Origin: Candidatus Staskawiczbacteria bacterium
GTDB taxonomy: Bacteria; Patescibacteriota; Minisyncoccia; Minisyncoccales; Staskawiczbacteraceae
Reading direction: 5' to 3'
NCBI GenBank assembly: GCA_963778905.1
Contig: CAVZWH010000017.1
Span: forward strand, 76-64,075
DNA length: 64,000 nt
Shown here: piece by piece, positions 35,837-44,785 of the stretch
How positions within the stretch are numbered: the stretch's first letter is position 1
Layout of the letters: every line of letters starts with the position of its first letter
The notes under the pieces: generated by a model
Told to the model about the DNA's origin: nothing
Seen by the model: only the letters and a program-made list of their open reading frames with translations
Database searches by the model: none
Position numbers and translations under genes: made by a program

Positions 35837-36322
35837 ATGGAAAGCTTTTTCAAAGATAATTGGCTTAAAATTATTGTTGCGATTGCCATTTTAATTGTTG
35901 TAGTATTTATTGGATTTTATTTTATGTTTGCCGTTTCTCAGAATGGAAAACGGTTGGAATTAGAGCAACAACAAAAATGTAATGATGCGGGGGAAAAAGC
36001 ATATAAGGAAGACTCTTTACGTTATGGAGCGAATAATATGCTAGAGCCATCCTATACTTACAATAAAAAATTAAATTTGTGTCTTTATAGCGGAGGATAT
36101 AGCAATGAAGATTTAAGCTCCGACCAGTGTGGGGATGTTATTAAGCATAGTTGTAAAAGCTATTGGGAAAGATGGGTAAAAAATAGTTTCACAAATGATT
36201 CAATAATAAGTGTTGTTAACTTTACAGATAATAAGGGCGATTGGACAGCCAAGACAGAAGTTATTAATAAATTTTGGGAAGAATATAAGCAATTAATGGG
36301 ATTTAATAATTTTATAAAATAA
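35837..36322 (+). CDS. Membrane-anchored hypothetical protein (paralog of the next gene)
   Basis: It has an N-terminal TM helix and shares the pattern K(K/Q)N.CLY with 36334..36792. Confidence 0.45.
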   Translation: MESFFKDNWLKIIVAIAILIVVVFIGFYFMFAVSQNGKRLELEQQQKCNDAGEKAYKEDSLRYGANNMLEPSYTYNKKLNLCLYSGGYSNEDLSSDQCGDVIKHSCKSYWERWVKNSFTNDSIISVVNFTDNKGDWTAKTEVINKFWEEYKQLMGFNNFIK

Positions 36323-36333
36323 CCCTTAATCAT

Positions 36334-36792
36334 ATGACAAAAGAGGAAATAAAAAATTGGCAAAAAAATAATTGTTTTAAAATAACTGTTGGATTAGCTT
36401 TTATTGTCATCGCTTTTTCAGTCGGATATTATTTCATTTTTTATCTTCCTCATAAAAATAATGACGATAGAATATTTGTAAAAGAAACGGATTGTCAAAA
36501 GTACGCTCCGGCAATAATAAAGGGAATAAATGATGCAAATACATATAATAAAAATACAGGACTCAATCTTGTAACCGTATCGTTTGGTATAATATTTTAT
36601 AGCCCGAAGCAAAACACTTGCTTATATACTACCTTTAATGATTTTAACTCAGGAGAATTTGCGGGAAAAAGCTCGTACTTTATTTATGATGCTCTTACAA
36701 ATAATCTAATCACCTCCTTCGATTACCCTAATAAATATAACGATTATAAAAAATTTATTTTCGAATATTCAGACGGGAGAATAAAATTGTAA
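36334..36792 (+). CDS. Membrane-anchored hypothetical protein (paralog of the previous gene)
   Basis: It has an N-terminal TM helix, similar length and similar Cys spacing. Confidence 0.45.
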   Translation: MTKEEIKNWQKNNCFKITVGLAFIVIAFSVGYYFIFYLPHKNNDDRIFVKETDCQKYAPAIIKGINDANTYNKNTGLNLVTVSFGIIFYSPKQNTCLYTTFNDFNSGEFAGKSSYFIYDALTNNLITSFDYPNKYNDYKKFIFEYSDGRIKL

Positions 36793-36864
36793 AACGTAAT
36801 GTTTTTTTTGAAAACAGGTAAAATTATTATGGAAATAAATCAAAATAAATAATTAAATAAACTT

Positions 36865-38073
36865 ATGAAAAAAATAATATTTTCAATAATCATTTTTGCA
36901 ATAGTTCCTTTTGTTGCGTTAGCTTGTGTGCCGCCAGCTAGTTCTGGTTATACGAGCGATATGCAATGTGCAGAACTGAGCACACAGATGTCAGCTCAAT
37001 ATACTTCCACGATGTATGACTTGGCCATGCAGAATTGCCATAATTCCGTGGCTCAATATCAGGCAGCCGTGGCGGCATATCAAAATTGTTTGAGTGCCAC
37101 TCCTGTTGTTGTACAAAATTCTTCTTCTACCGCTCCTGGTTCAATCCAATTGCTGAATTTTCCAAGCCAGCTTAATGCAACCGTCAACAAAAATTTTAGC
37201 GTAGTTATTAATTATGTTTATTCCGGCTCAAATTATACACACGTATCAATAGTAGGTACTAATTTACCGCAAGATCTTGAATTGGGCAGCGTAACTTACG
37301 GTAATAATGGGGTTGATAATATCACTCTTTCGGGAATTCCAACACAAACGGGAGATTATCCTTTGACTTTGGTCGTTACTGATAACAATGGAGCTTTAGT
37401 AAATCAATCATTTGATCTTAAGGTGAATGACATTTGTAGCGGTATCCCCGTAAGTGGCGCCTTAAATCCGGTGGTATTTACAGATGATGCGCAATTACCG
37501 GATGCAACTGTTGGTCAGTTGTATTCTCAAAGATTGATTTTTACTTTTTCTAAAAATCTCGATGCAACATTACCCGCTATTGGCTTTTGTTCCTCCGATG
37601 GCTTAACAATAACTCCAGCAAGCGCCGGAGGAAGCGGAGGTAACGGAAGCGCTGGTTTTACAGTTACTCCAAAACAAAGTGGTCAATTTAAAATCACAGC
37701 CTACGCGATGAATGGTGCTAACAATGGAAATGAAGTTGGAGTTAAAACATTTAATCTAACCGTTAATAGTCCGAACAATATAGCGCCAGTAGTACCTCCG
37801 CAAACCACCAATCAAAACGTCGTGCCGCCAGTTACTAAGCCAGCTCCTGTAGCTGTCCAGCAACCTATAACTAAGCCCTCTACCCCTCCCGTAGTTAAAA
37901 ACATTGTTACGGAAAAAACAAGTGAACCTGCGCCTACTGTTAATAATGTTCCAGAACAAAACATTGCTACGCCACCCGCAATGCCCGCCAAAGTTACCAC
38001 ACCGGCCGCTACTCCCAAAAAGAGTATGTTGGAGAAGGCATGGGATTTCATAAAAGGTTTATTCGGTAAGTAA
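36865..38073 (+). CDS. Secreted protein with a Pro-rich C-terminal region
   Basis: It has a signal peptide (MKKIIFSIIIFAIVPFVALA) and a PV/PT-rich tail. Confidence 0.5.
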   Translation: MKKIIFSIIIFAIVPFVALACVPPASSGYTSDMQCAELSTQMSAQYTSTMYDLAMQNCHNSVAQYQAAVAAYQNCLSATPVVVQNSSSTAPGSIQLLNFPSQLNATVNKNFSVVINYVYSGSNYTHVSIVGTNLPQDLELGSVTYGNNGVDNITLSGIPTQTGDYPLTLVVTDNNGALVNQSFDLKVNDICSGIPVSGALNPVVFTDDAQLPDATVGQLYSQRLIFTFSKNLDATLPAIGFCSSDGLTITPASAGGSGGNGSAGFTVTPKQSGQFKITAYAMNGANNGNEVGVKTFNLTVNSPNNIAPVVPPQTTNQNVVPPVTKPAPVAVQQPITKPSTPPVVKNIVTEKTSEPAPTVNNVPEQNIATPPAMPAKVTTPAATPKKSMLEKAWDFIKGLFGK

Positions 38074-38097
38074 TTATAGTTTTAAAACAGTAAATTT

Positions 38098-38256
38098 ATG
38101 AGCCGAATTTCTTACAGAGCAGAACAATCTTTAGCCATTACTTTTGCCACCTTTTTGATTTTAGGCTGGTTCGGCATTATAAGAAATGTCAGCCTTTGGT
38201 TTGCATTAATTCTTGCCTGCGTTGAAATTTTCTTACTTTACCATTTTTTGCAATGA
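38098..38256 (+). CDS. Possible 52-aa two-TM micro-protein (not in the ORF track)
   Basis: It translates to MSRISYRAEQSLAITFATFLILGWFGIIRNVSLWFALILACVEIFLLYHFLQ. Confidence 0.3.
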   Translation: MSRISYRAEQSLAITFATFLILGWFGIIRNVSLWFALILACVEIFLLYHFLQ

Positions 38257-38344
38257 TGTTTTTTTATTTGATAAGTAATTATACATAAGCTTGCATAAAA
38301 ATCAGCAAACGTTATACTAAATCTACAATTTAAAGTTGTATTAA

Positions 38345-38445
38345 GAGTGCGAAGAGGGAATTGGCCCTATGACTCGCCAGCAACCTGCAAATGCAAGGTG
38401 CTACATCCAACCAGACACGAAAGTGTCGGGAAAGATAAGCTCACG
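38345..38445 (+). ncRNA. SAM-I (S-box)-like riboswitch aptamer
   Basis: GAAGAGGGAAUUGGCCCUAUGACUCGCCAGCAACC...AAGGUGCUACAUCCAACC...AGAUAAG matches the conserved SAM-I core blocks (GAGGGA.UGGCCC.AUGA..C.GCAACC, GGUGCUAA.UCC, AGAUAAG) in the right order. I could not find a convincing P1 5' strand. An intrinsic terminator follows. Confidence 0.5.
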
Positions 38446-38468
38446 CCTAGTCCGCGCGGAAAATCTTT

Positions 38469-38491
38469 CCTCATATTAATGAGGTTTTTTA
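38469..38491 (+). terminator. Intrinsic terminator / riboswitch expression platform
   Basis: The stem CCTCAT-ATTA-ATGAGG is followed by a T6 run, 35 nt before the ATG at 38526. Confidence 0.6.
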
Positions 38492-38525
38492 TTTATGATT
38501 TCAGAAGAAGAGAGAAAAGAGTTCT

Positions 38526-38924
38526 ATGAGCAAAGGAAATTTTTATGCTTTTATACCCCATAGATTAAAGATTGATCAGCTCCCGCAATATGATAGTTTT
38601 CCGTTCAATATTATGTATATGCGGATTAAGGAAGAAAACGGAAAAAAGATTACTGGTACAGCCTTGTATGAACCAGAGTTTCATACATACAAAAAGGAGG
38701 GAAGTTTAAGTTCTATGAAATATCGCAACGCATACGGCGGAGATTGTCATGTAATTATCTCCTACGATGAAGAAGCCAAGAGGTACTGCGGAGAAAAGTT
38801 TATAAATGGAAAATCAAAATGGATTACCGACGGCGGTAATGATTGGAAGCAATTTTTTATTCATTTAACCATGGTCGGTATTGCGGAGGGAGAGCGGTGC
38901 GAGATGGAAGTTGTGGGAGCTTGA
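38526..38924 (+). CDS. Hypothetical 132-aa protein downstream of the riboswitch-like element
   Basis: This is a clean ORF with no motif I recognise. Confidence 0.45.
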   Translation: MSKGNFYAFIPHRLKIDQLPQYDSFPFNIMYMRIKEENGKKITGTALYEPEFHTYKKEGSLSSMKYRNAYGGDCHVIISYDEEAKRYCGEKFINGKSKWITDGGNDWKQFFIHLTMVGIAEGERCEMEVVGA

Positions 38925-39012
38925 TTTTACAAAATAAATAGTTGTGTTGAGCTGTAAAAATGAGCTTTTTGGGTGTATAATAGACTTGTATAAACTTGAT
39001 ATCTTGATATTT

Positions 39013-39333
39013 ATGCTAGAATTACAAACTAAAAAACATGGAGGCTATAGGGAAGGAGCGGGTAAGCCTAAAGGCTATAGAAGCCTCAGTACGCTTAAAT
39101 CTATGGCATCGCGCGAAGAGTTTATTAAAAGGGTGGAAAGAGACCTTGAGCCTATTTATAACGCATTGTACTCAAAGGCTGTTAATGAGAGCGATATCCC
39201 CGCCATAAGAGAGCTTCTCGATCGTGCGTGGGGTAAACCTGCCCAGGCTGTTAATCTGTCCGGCGGCATTGCTCAATTTTCTTTAAAAGAATTAGCAGAA
39301 TATAGGAAGAACTTAATTAAAGAAAATGATTGA
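39013..39333 (+). CDS. Phage-type small protein (DUF5681-like, GG.REGAGKPKG motif)
   Basis: KKHGGYREGAGKPKGY...LLDRAWGKP matches the pattern. I chose the internal ATG at 39013 over the non-ATG start at 38944. Confidence 0.4.
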   Translation: MLELQTKKHGGYREGAGKPKGYRSLSTLKSMASREEFIKRVERDLEPIYNALYSKAVNESDIPAIRELLDRAWGKPAQAVNLSGGIAQFSLKELAEYRKNLIKEND

Positions 39334-39492
39334 GTTTAAATAGATATTCGACCCCGTAAATCGGGTTTTTACTAAAAGAAACAAATAAAAAAATAGTGGG
39401 GGGTTGTCTATTCCTTGAATTTTTAACGTTATTGTATTAGGGTATATGATAAACTCTGTAGTATAATAAAATATAAAAATAATCTATAAATT

Positions 39493-39744
39493 ATGCCTAT
39501 TAAAACTCCTCAAGAAATCGTAAAATTAGCATACGATTATATGGTCTCAGTTGTAGGTTCTTCTGTAATAAAAAACGGGCGGGTTGAAGAACTCGAAATG
39601 ATAGAAGCAAATAAATTTTATCGCGTAGTGTTAAGCTATGAAACAGTTGGGCAATTTCCATTCGAGAGTAAGAAAGAATATAAAGAATTTAAAATGAACG
39701 CAGAGGATGGGACTGTTGAATATATGAAGATTAAAAATCCATAA
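39493..39744 (+). CDS. Small protein upstream of the PIN gene (possible antitoxin)
   Basis: It is 83 aa and lies 9 nt upstream of the PIN-like ORF. Confidence 0.3.
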   Translation: MPIKTPQEIVKLAYDYMVSVVGSSVIKNGRVEELEMIEANKFYRVVLSYETVGQFPFESKKEYKEFKMNAEDGTVEYMKIKNP

Positions 39745-39753
39745 TTTAAAATT

Positions 39754-40284
39754 GTGTTTTCTTTAACAGAAATAAAGGCGTTTTGTTATAAATATGGAAG
39801 AAGACCGTTGATTATTGATACTAATATACTTCTTTTATTTTTTGTCGGTGCTTTTAATAAAAATTATCTCAATCAGTGTCCTCTGACAGCAGACAAATAC
39901 ACGCCAGAGGATTTTGATTTATTAATAGAAATAATATCATATTTTAGGCCAGAAATTATTATAACACCCCAAATCCTAGCAGAGATTTCTAATCAATCGA
40001 AACTTAGTATAAAAGACCCGCATTTTACCAATTATTTTAATATACTTATAAATAAGCTAAAGGGCTATAAAGAACATCATATTGAACTGCAAAAAATAAT
40101 CGGGCTAGATATTAAAATGCTTTCAGATTTTGGTTTTACCGATATGTCTATTGCAGAAACAGCAAAGGAGTTAAACTCTGCCATTTTAACAGATGATAGA
40201 AGACTATACGATTATTGCTATAAAACAACGCCAACAATAAAATTTAGTTATATTCAAAACGCAGGCATTATTCCAGGCACTTAG
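39754..40284 (+). CDS. PIN-domain-like nuclease (possible toxin)
   Basis: LIIDTNILLLF (first acidic residue), QILAEISN and AILTDDRRL are spaced as in PIN acidic motifs. Confidence 0.55.
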   Translation: MFSLTEIKAFCYKYGRRPLIIDTNILLLFFVGAFNKNYLNQCPLTADKYTPEDFDLLIEIISYFRPEIIITPQILAEISNQSKLSIKDPHFTNYFNILINKLKGYKEHHIELQKIIGLDIKMLSDFGFTDMSIAETAKELNSAILTDDRRLYDYCYKTTPTIKFSYIQNAGIIPGT

Positions 40285-40287
40285 CGA

Positions 40288-41982
40288 CTACAAAAATTCT
40301 TTAATTTGTGCTAACATTACGTCAGGATAAGGCACTTCCTTGGCCCAGTCAAAAGTTCTAAAGTCGTCTAAAAGTGCCTGCCATCTGCTACAAATAGAGG
40401 CTAAAGCCTCTGTTTTGTTCTCAAAATCGCCCTTTTTTCTTGGTTCTAACCCTAAATATTCCGCCTGCAGGGCTGGGTAGTCTTTTTCTATCAATTCGAA
40501 CCATTCATAAGGCTCAATATCCAGCTTTTTGTTCCTGATTTCGCGCTTTTCACCCAGTCCTACTAGTATCTCTTTTTTCAGTTCTAACCCTCCGTTTAAG
40601 AACTTGGATCTGGCGTAAGTTGCGAAGCTAAAAGTCCTTTCCTCCAGCTTAATGTACTTTTCGGATTTGGCACCAGGTTCTTTCAATTTGCTCTTTAGCT
40701 GGACGATTTTAGCTTCCAATTCTTTTTTCTCTTGCAGGAAAGCATCGTCGTTAATCATTAATTTGTACCTCATCCTTGTAAGCTCTTTTAATTCATTCTC
40801 AGTCTGCTCAAGAGTTTTTTTCTGCATATCGCAAATTTTGTCTTTATTTTCAATATCGGTTTCTTTCCTTTGCTCGATTCTTTCCAAAGCCCAGTGCAGG
40901 AATTCCGGGATTATTGTATATTTTTCCAGCTCCTTTTCGATCTGCAGTTCAAGGTCTCCGTCGCTCATCACTTTTTTCTGCGTGCATTTTATTTTTGTAG
41001 TCCTGCGGGTGCAGTGGTAGTATGTGTATTCCTTTATCTTGCCGGTTTTTTTGATGATTTTTTGTTTTATTTCAGCGGTATAAAGGCAGCCGCATTCCTG
41101 GCATCTGAGGAGTCCGGTAAAAGCAAAGGCCCGCTTGGTTCTTCTCGGCTTGCCGCCCTTTCCCAGTATAAACTGAACCCGGCCAAATTCTTCGAGGGTG
41201 ATCATCGGCTTGTGTTTTCCTTGATACTGCCTTCCCAAATGTTCAATAATCCCAGCGTAAAATACATTTGTAAAAATTCTGTATAGGGAGCTTTCTCCAA
41301 GCGGGTTGCCGCCCATGCGTTTAGTCTTTCTTGTTGTGAAGCCCCACTCGTTATTGGCTTTTTCTAATATTTGGGGCACGGTGTAATTTCCCGTGAGCAT
41401 CAGATCCCACATTTTTCTTATAAGCTTGAACCGCTCCGGGTCTATTGCGATATCATTATCGCCCCTGTCCTTGAACTTGCTGTTCAAGTATCCCTGCGGG
41501 GCGGAGCCCGGACGCCAGCCTTTTTGCAGTTTGCTGTCGATGCCTCTTTTTACATTTTTTCTCAAATCCAGAATATATTGGTTAGCCATTCCGCTTTCAA
41601 CATTGATGAGCAAAACATTGTCGTCCGGCAGATATTCTCTGTCTATGGTTTGAATTGCTGAAAGCACCCCTCTTTGCAAAAGCCAGCTTATCTTTCCGCT
41701 GTCGATCGGATTGCGGGACAGTCGGTTTATCTGCCAGCATAAGATTCCATTGGCTTCGCCGTTCTCAATCTTTTTTAGCATCTCATCGAATAGGGGACGG
41801 TTGTTTGGCTTCTTGGCTGACTTTGCCTCCATGTAAATCTTTACAATATTTAATCTCAAATCAGTGGCTAATTCTTTTAGCCTGTTTACCTGGTCATCGA
41901 TTGACTGGATTTGCCTGTCGTCGCCCTCCGAAGATTTGCGGGCGTAAAGGATATATTTAATTTTCTCTTTTTCTCTAATCAT
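40288..41982 (-). CDS. Large serine recombinase (564 aa)
   Basis: It has YILYARKSSEGDDRQIQSIDDQ and INRLSRN. The zinc ribbon is CQECGCLYTAE...YYHC, and a long coiled coil follows. Confidence 0.85.
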   Translation of the reverse strand: MIREKEKIKYILYARKSSEGDDRQIQSIDDQVNRLKELATDLRLNIVKIYMEAKSAKKPNNRPLFDEMLKKIENGEANGILCWQINRLSRNPIDSGKISWLLQRGVLSAIQTIDREYLPDDNVLLINVESGMANQYILDLRKNVKRGIDSKLQKGWRPGSAPQGYLNSKFKDRGDNDIAIDPERFKLIRKMWDLMLTGNYTVPQILEKANNEWGFTTRKTKRMGGNPLGESSLYRIFTNVFYAGIIEHLGRQYQGKHKPMITLEEFGRVQFILGKGGKPRRTKRAFAFTGLLRCQECGCLYTAEIKQKIIKKTGKIKEYTYYHCTRRTTKIKCTQKKVMSDGDLELQIEKELEKYTIIPEFLHWALERIEQRKETDIENKDKICDMQKKTLEQTENELKELTRMRYKLMINDDAFLQEKKELEAKIVQLKSKLKEPGAKSEKYIKLEERTFSFATYARSKFLNGGLELKKEILVGLGEKREIRNKKLDIEPYEWFELIEKDYPALQAEYLGLEPRKKGDFENKTEALASICSRWQALLDDFRTFDWAKEVPYPDVMLAQIKEFL

Positions 41983-42129
41983 GTTTTTTCTAAAGAGGCT
42001 CGGGCTGACTAATCTCCCGAACTTTTCTCAACGGTTGATTAGCCCTCCGCTTTATATATTTTTCCTCTTTTAACAGAGGAATGCCGCGTCCAATAGATAA
42101 GTCAAGCAGAAACCGCTGTTTTGTCTTAA

Positions 42130-42615
42130 TTAATTGGAATCTTTGATTATTTCCTCCTTCTCTCCTTCTCTTGCAATATTAAAATCTCTGTATTTTTGAG
42201 ACTTCGGTTTTTGAAACTCTGGCGGGGAGGGCTTGGGCGGCTCAGGCGGATCTGCTGGCTGAGTTAAAGCCAGGAAAATCCCCACTATTTCTGCTATAAT
42301 TATCATTGCCATTATTAATAAAGGCGTAGGAATTTCTATTTTTTCTCCTTTTATTTCAGATTTTTGAGACTTTTCAGCTATTGGGGCTGGTTTTTGAGCG
42401 AGTATCCTTTCTTTTTCTCTTAATTTTTCCTTTTTTTCTATTTTCCGATAATAATTATTCCTGGCATTTTCCTTAATCTTTTCCCTATTTTTTATATAAT
42501 AGGCGTGAACAGCCTCCTTTCTTTTGACTCTTTTTTCAGACGCCTTGCTGATTTCATTCAGACTTTTTCCAATAATCTCTGGAATACTCATATCTTTTTT
42601 AATATTCTCGCTCAT
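42130..42615 (-). CDS. Hypothetical protein with a central TM helix and Lys/Glu-rich N-terminus
   Basis: It is 161 aa and contains the hydrophobic stretch LLIMAMIIIAEIVGIFLAL. Confidence 0.4.
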   Translation of the reverse strand: MSENIKKDMSIPEIIGKSLNEISKASEKRVKRKEAVHAYYIKNREKIKENARNNYYRKIEKKEKLREKERILAQKPAPIAEKSQKSEIKGEKIEIPTPLLIMAMIIIAEIVGIFLALTQPADPPEPPKPSPPEFQKPKSQKYRDFNIAREGEKEEIIKDSN

Positions 42616-43376
42616 AGCTTTATATGTTTTAAATTAGTTAATTTTTCCCATCTCAATACCGTCTTTTCCACATAGCCCGCATCCAGCTCGATCCCTCTGC
42701 ATTTTCTTTTGACTTGCTCGCAAGCTACCAGTGTGCTGCCGCTCCCCAAAAACGGATCGTATACTACCTCGTTTATCTTTGTGCTGTTGAGTATTAATTT
42801 TCTCAAAAGTCCCGGCGGTTTCATGGTTGGGTGCAGTTTACTTTTTTGGGGTTTTGGATAAAAGAGCACGGACTTGGATTTGCTCCGTTCAAACTTGTGA
42901 CTTCCAAACCAGCCATAAGCTATAATTTCGTGCTGCGGATTGTAATCTTTTCTGCCCAACACGATATGGTTCTTTAGCCAGATAATCATTTGGCTGTAAT
43001 ATCCGCCGGTATTTTCTATTCCTTGCCGCAACGCGCAGAGCATCAAGTCGCAGTTGAAAATGTAAAATGCATTTTTTACGTCCAGATATGGTTTTGTTGT
43101 TTCCAGCCACTCTTTTGTAAAATCCGAATACTGCTCGGCTGTTTGTTTCTGGTCGCCTTGTATTTTTTCAAATCCGGCGAAGTGTTCTGATTGAACGCCA
43201 CGCATTCCCAGCCAGTCCTTATTTTCCACGTAAGCTATGCCGTATGGCGGATCCGTTAAAATCAGCCGTACCTTTTCTTGGCAGATTAATTTTTTAATCA
43301 GTTCCTTATCCTTGCAGTCTCCGCAAGCTATCCTATGATCCCCTAATTTAAATATTTGCCCTTGTTTTACTTGCAT
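42612..43376 (-). CDS. Phage-type N4/N6 DNA methyltransferase (DPPY)
   Basis: It has KLGDHRIACGD, ILTDPPYGIAY and DPFLGSGSTLVACE. The probable start is MQVKQG at 43376. The ORF track extends it to 43406. Confidence 0.85.
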   Translation of the reverse strand: MQVKQGQIFKLGDHRIACGDCKDKELIKKLICQEKVRLILTDPPYGIAYVENKDWLGMRGVQSEHFAGFEKIQGDQKQTAEQYSDFTKEWLETTKPYLDVKNAFYIFNCDLMLCALRQGIENTGGYYSQMIIWLKNHIVLGRKDYNPQHEIIAYGWFGSHKFERSKSKSVLFYPKPQKSKLHPTMKPPGLLRKLILNSTKINEVVYDPFLGSGSTLVACEQVKRKCRGIELDAGYVEKTVLRWEKLTNLKHIKL

Positions 43377-43462
43377 ATCTTTGTTGTGGCAGAAGAACCC
43401 TATCAAGCTCCGCCCAGCCTTAAATGATTTGCTGGGGGCTCGTGTGGTTGCTTGAAATTGCT

Positions 43463-44746
43463 CTAAACCGCCAGCTTTACTGTCTTTTTTCCCGTATACT
43501 GCTCAAACCTCTTTATGATGACTTCGCAAAATATCGGATCAATTTCGCATAAGTACGCTTTCCTTTTCGATTGCTCAGCCGAGATTAACGTGCTTCCCGA
43601 TCCGCCGAATAAATCCAAGATAATATCTCCGGGCTTGGTGCATCTTTTTATCGGCCTTTCGTGCAGAGTTATTGGTTTTTGGGTTGGGTGCTGATATTCT
43701 GAAGTGTTGTCTCTTCTTTCCAGCCAAATGTTTATTATTCCCAAAATATCATCCAATCCTTGGTTTCCGGATTCTATTTCTTTGTTTAGTATCTCATTAA
43801 AATTTTTGAAGTTTTTATTTAAATATGGCCTTCCCACAGTTCCGTAAACACAGGACTCATACACTTTGTTAAACGCCTTTTGCGGGGTAACGTTGAAATT
43901 GTTTTTAATCCAAAGGCAAACTCTATCCGGCCGAATTTTATTTTCTTGATACAGCTGCTGTAAAAGCCAGATAGAATTCTCATCGCACCAGTAAAAGACG
44001 TGAGCGTCTGTTTTTGCCGCAACCAAAGCATTTTTAATGGTGGCGTCCAAAAATGTTTTGTACTCTCCGGCATTTTTCTTGTCGTTGACTCCTTTGTATT
44101 TTAAGTCCGGGAAGTCCTTGCGGTATTTTGTTGAAGTTCCAATACCTGTGCTGTAATTTAATCCAATGTTATATGGCGGGTCGCAGTAAATCATGTCGGC
44201 TTTTTTCCCTTGCATAAGTTTTAAAACATTTTTTTCTTTAGTGCTGTCGCCGCATAGGAGACGATGATTCCCGAGTTGGTATAGATCACCCTCTTTAGTA
44301 GCAGGCTTCTTTATTTCCCTCACCGCTTTTTCAACATCAAAGTTATCCTCGTCTAATTCCAGCACATCGTCCCACATAGAATTTAAATCATCATTGTCAA
44401 AACCAGCCTCAAGCAATTCTTCGACTTCGAATTCTTTCAACAACTCCGCATCCCAGCCGCCGCGTTCAGTTAGCTTGTTATCGAGTAGCATATATCTTTC
44501 CTTTTGTTTTTCAGTAAGCCCTCTTTTTACAACAACTTCCGCCGAAGTATATCCGGCTCTTTTCATCGCCCCCAGCCTGCCCTCGCCGACAAGAAGCATA
44601 TTTTTTTCGTCAACAATCATGGGCGAGGTATACTCGAATTCTTTCATACTTTGGTATAGCAGTTCGTCATCATGTTTTTTGGGATTTTTAGGATTCGGTT
44701 TTATTTCGCTTAATTTTAATATTTTGGTTTCAATTTTCGCCAGCAT
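43463..44746 (-). CDS. ParB-like nuclease domain fused to an N4/N6 DNA methyltransferase
   Basis: The N-terminus (KLSEIKPNPKNPKKH...LVGEGRLGA) is ParB/Srx-like. It also has QLGNHRLLCGD, IYCDPPYNIGLNY and DLFGGSGSTLISAE. Confidence 0.85.
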   Translation of the reverse strand: MLAKIETKILKLSEIKPNPKNPKKHDDELLYQSMKEFEYTSPMIVDEKNMLLVGEGRLGAMKRAGYTSAEVVVKRGLTEKQKERYMLLDNKLTERGGWDAELLKEFEVEELLEAGFDNDDLNSMWDDVLELDEDNFDVEKAVREIKKPATKEGDLYQLGNHRLLCGDSTKEKNVLKLMQGKKADMIYCDPPYNIGLNYSTGIGTSTKYRKDFPDLKYKGVNDKKNAGEYKTFLDATIKNALVAAKTDAHVFYWCDENSIWLLQQLYQENKIRPDRVCLWIKNNFNVTPQKAFNKVYESCVYGTVGRPYLNKNFKNFNEILNKEIESGNQGLDDILGIINIWLERRDNTSEYQHPTQKPITLHERPIKRCTKPGDIILDLFGGSGSTLISAEQSKRKAYLCEIDPIFCEVIIKRFEQYTGKKTVKLAV

Positions 44747-44785
44747 ATTTTTTTGTTTTAATTATTTATTTTTATTTTTTAATTT

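Larger units (their letters stand above)
24445..40287. mobile_element. Integrative element inserted at the 3' end of tRNA-Trp, with an LSR, a prim-pol/helicase and defence and accessory cargo. The right boundary is uncertain.
   Basis: The LSR ORF runs 48 nt into the tRNA antisense. A replication module and R-M/nuclease cargo are present. The next LSR gene begins at 40288. Confidence 0.55.
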
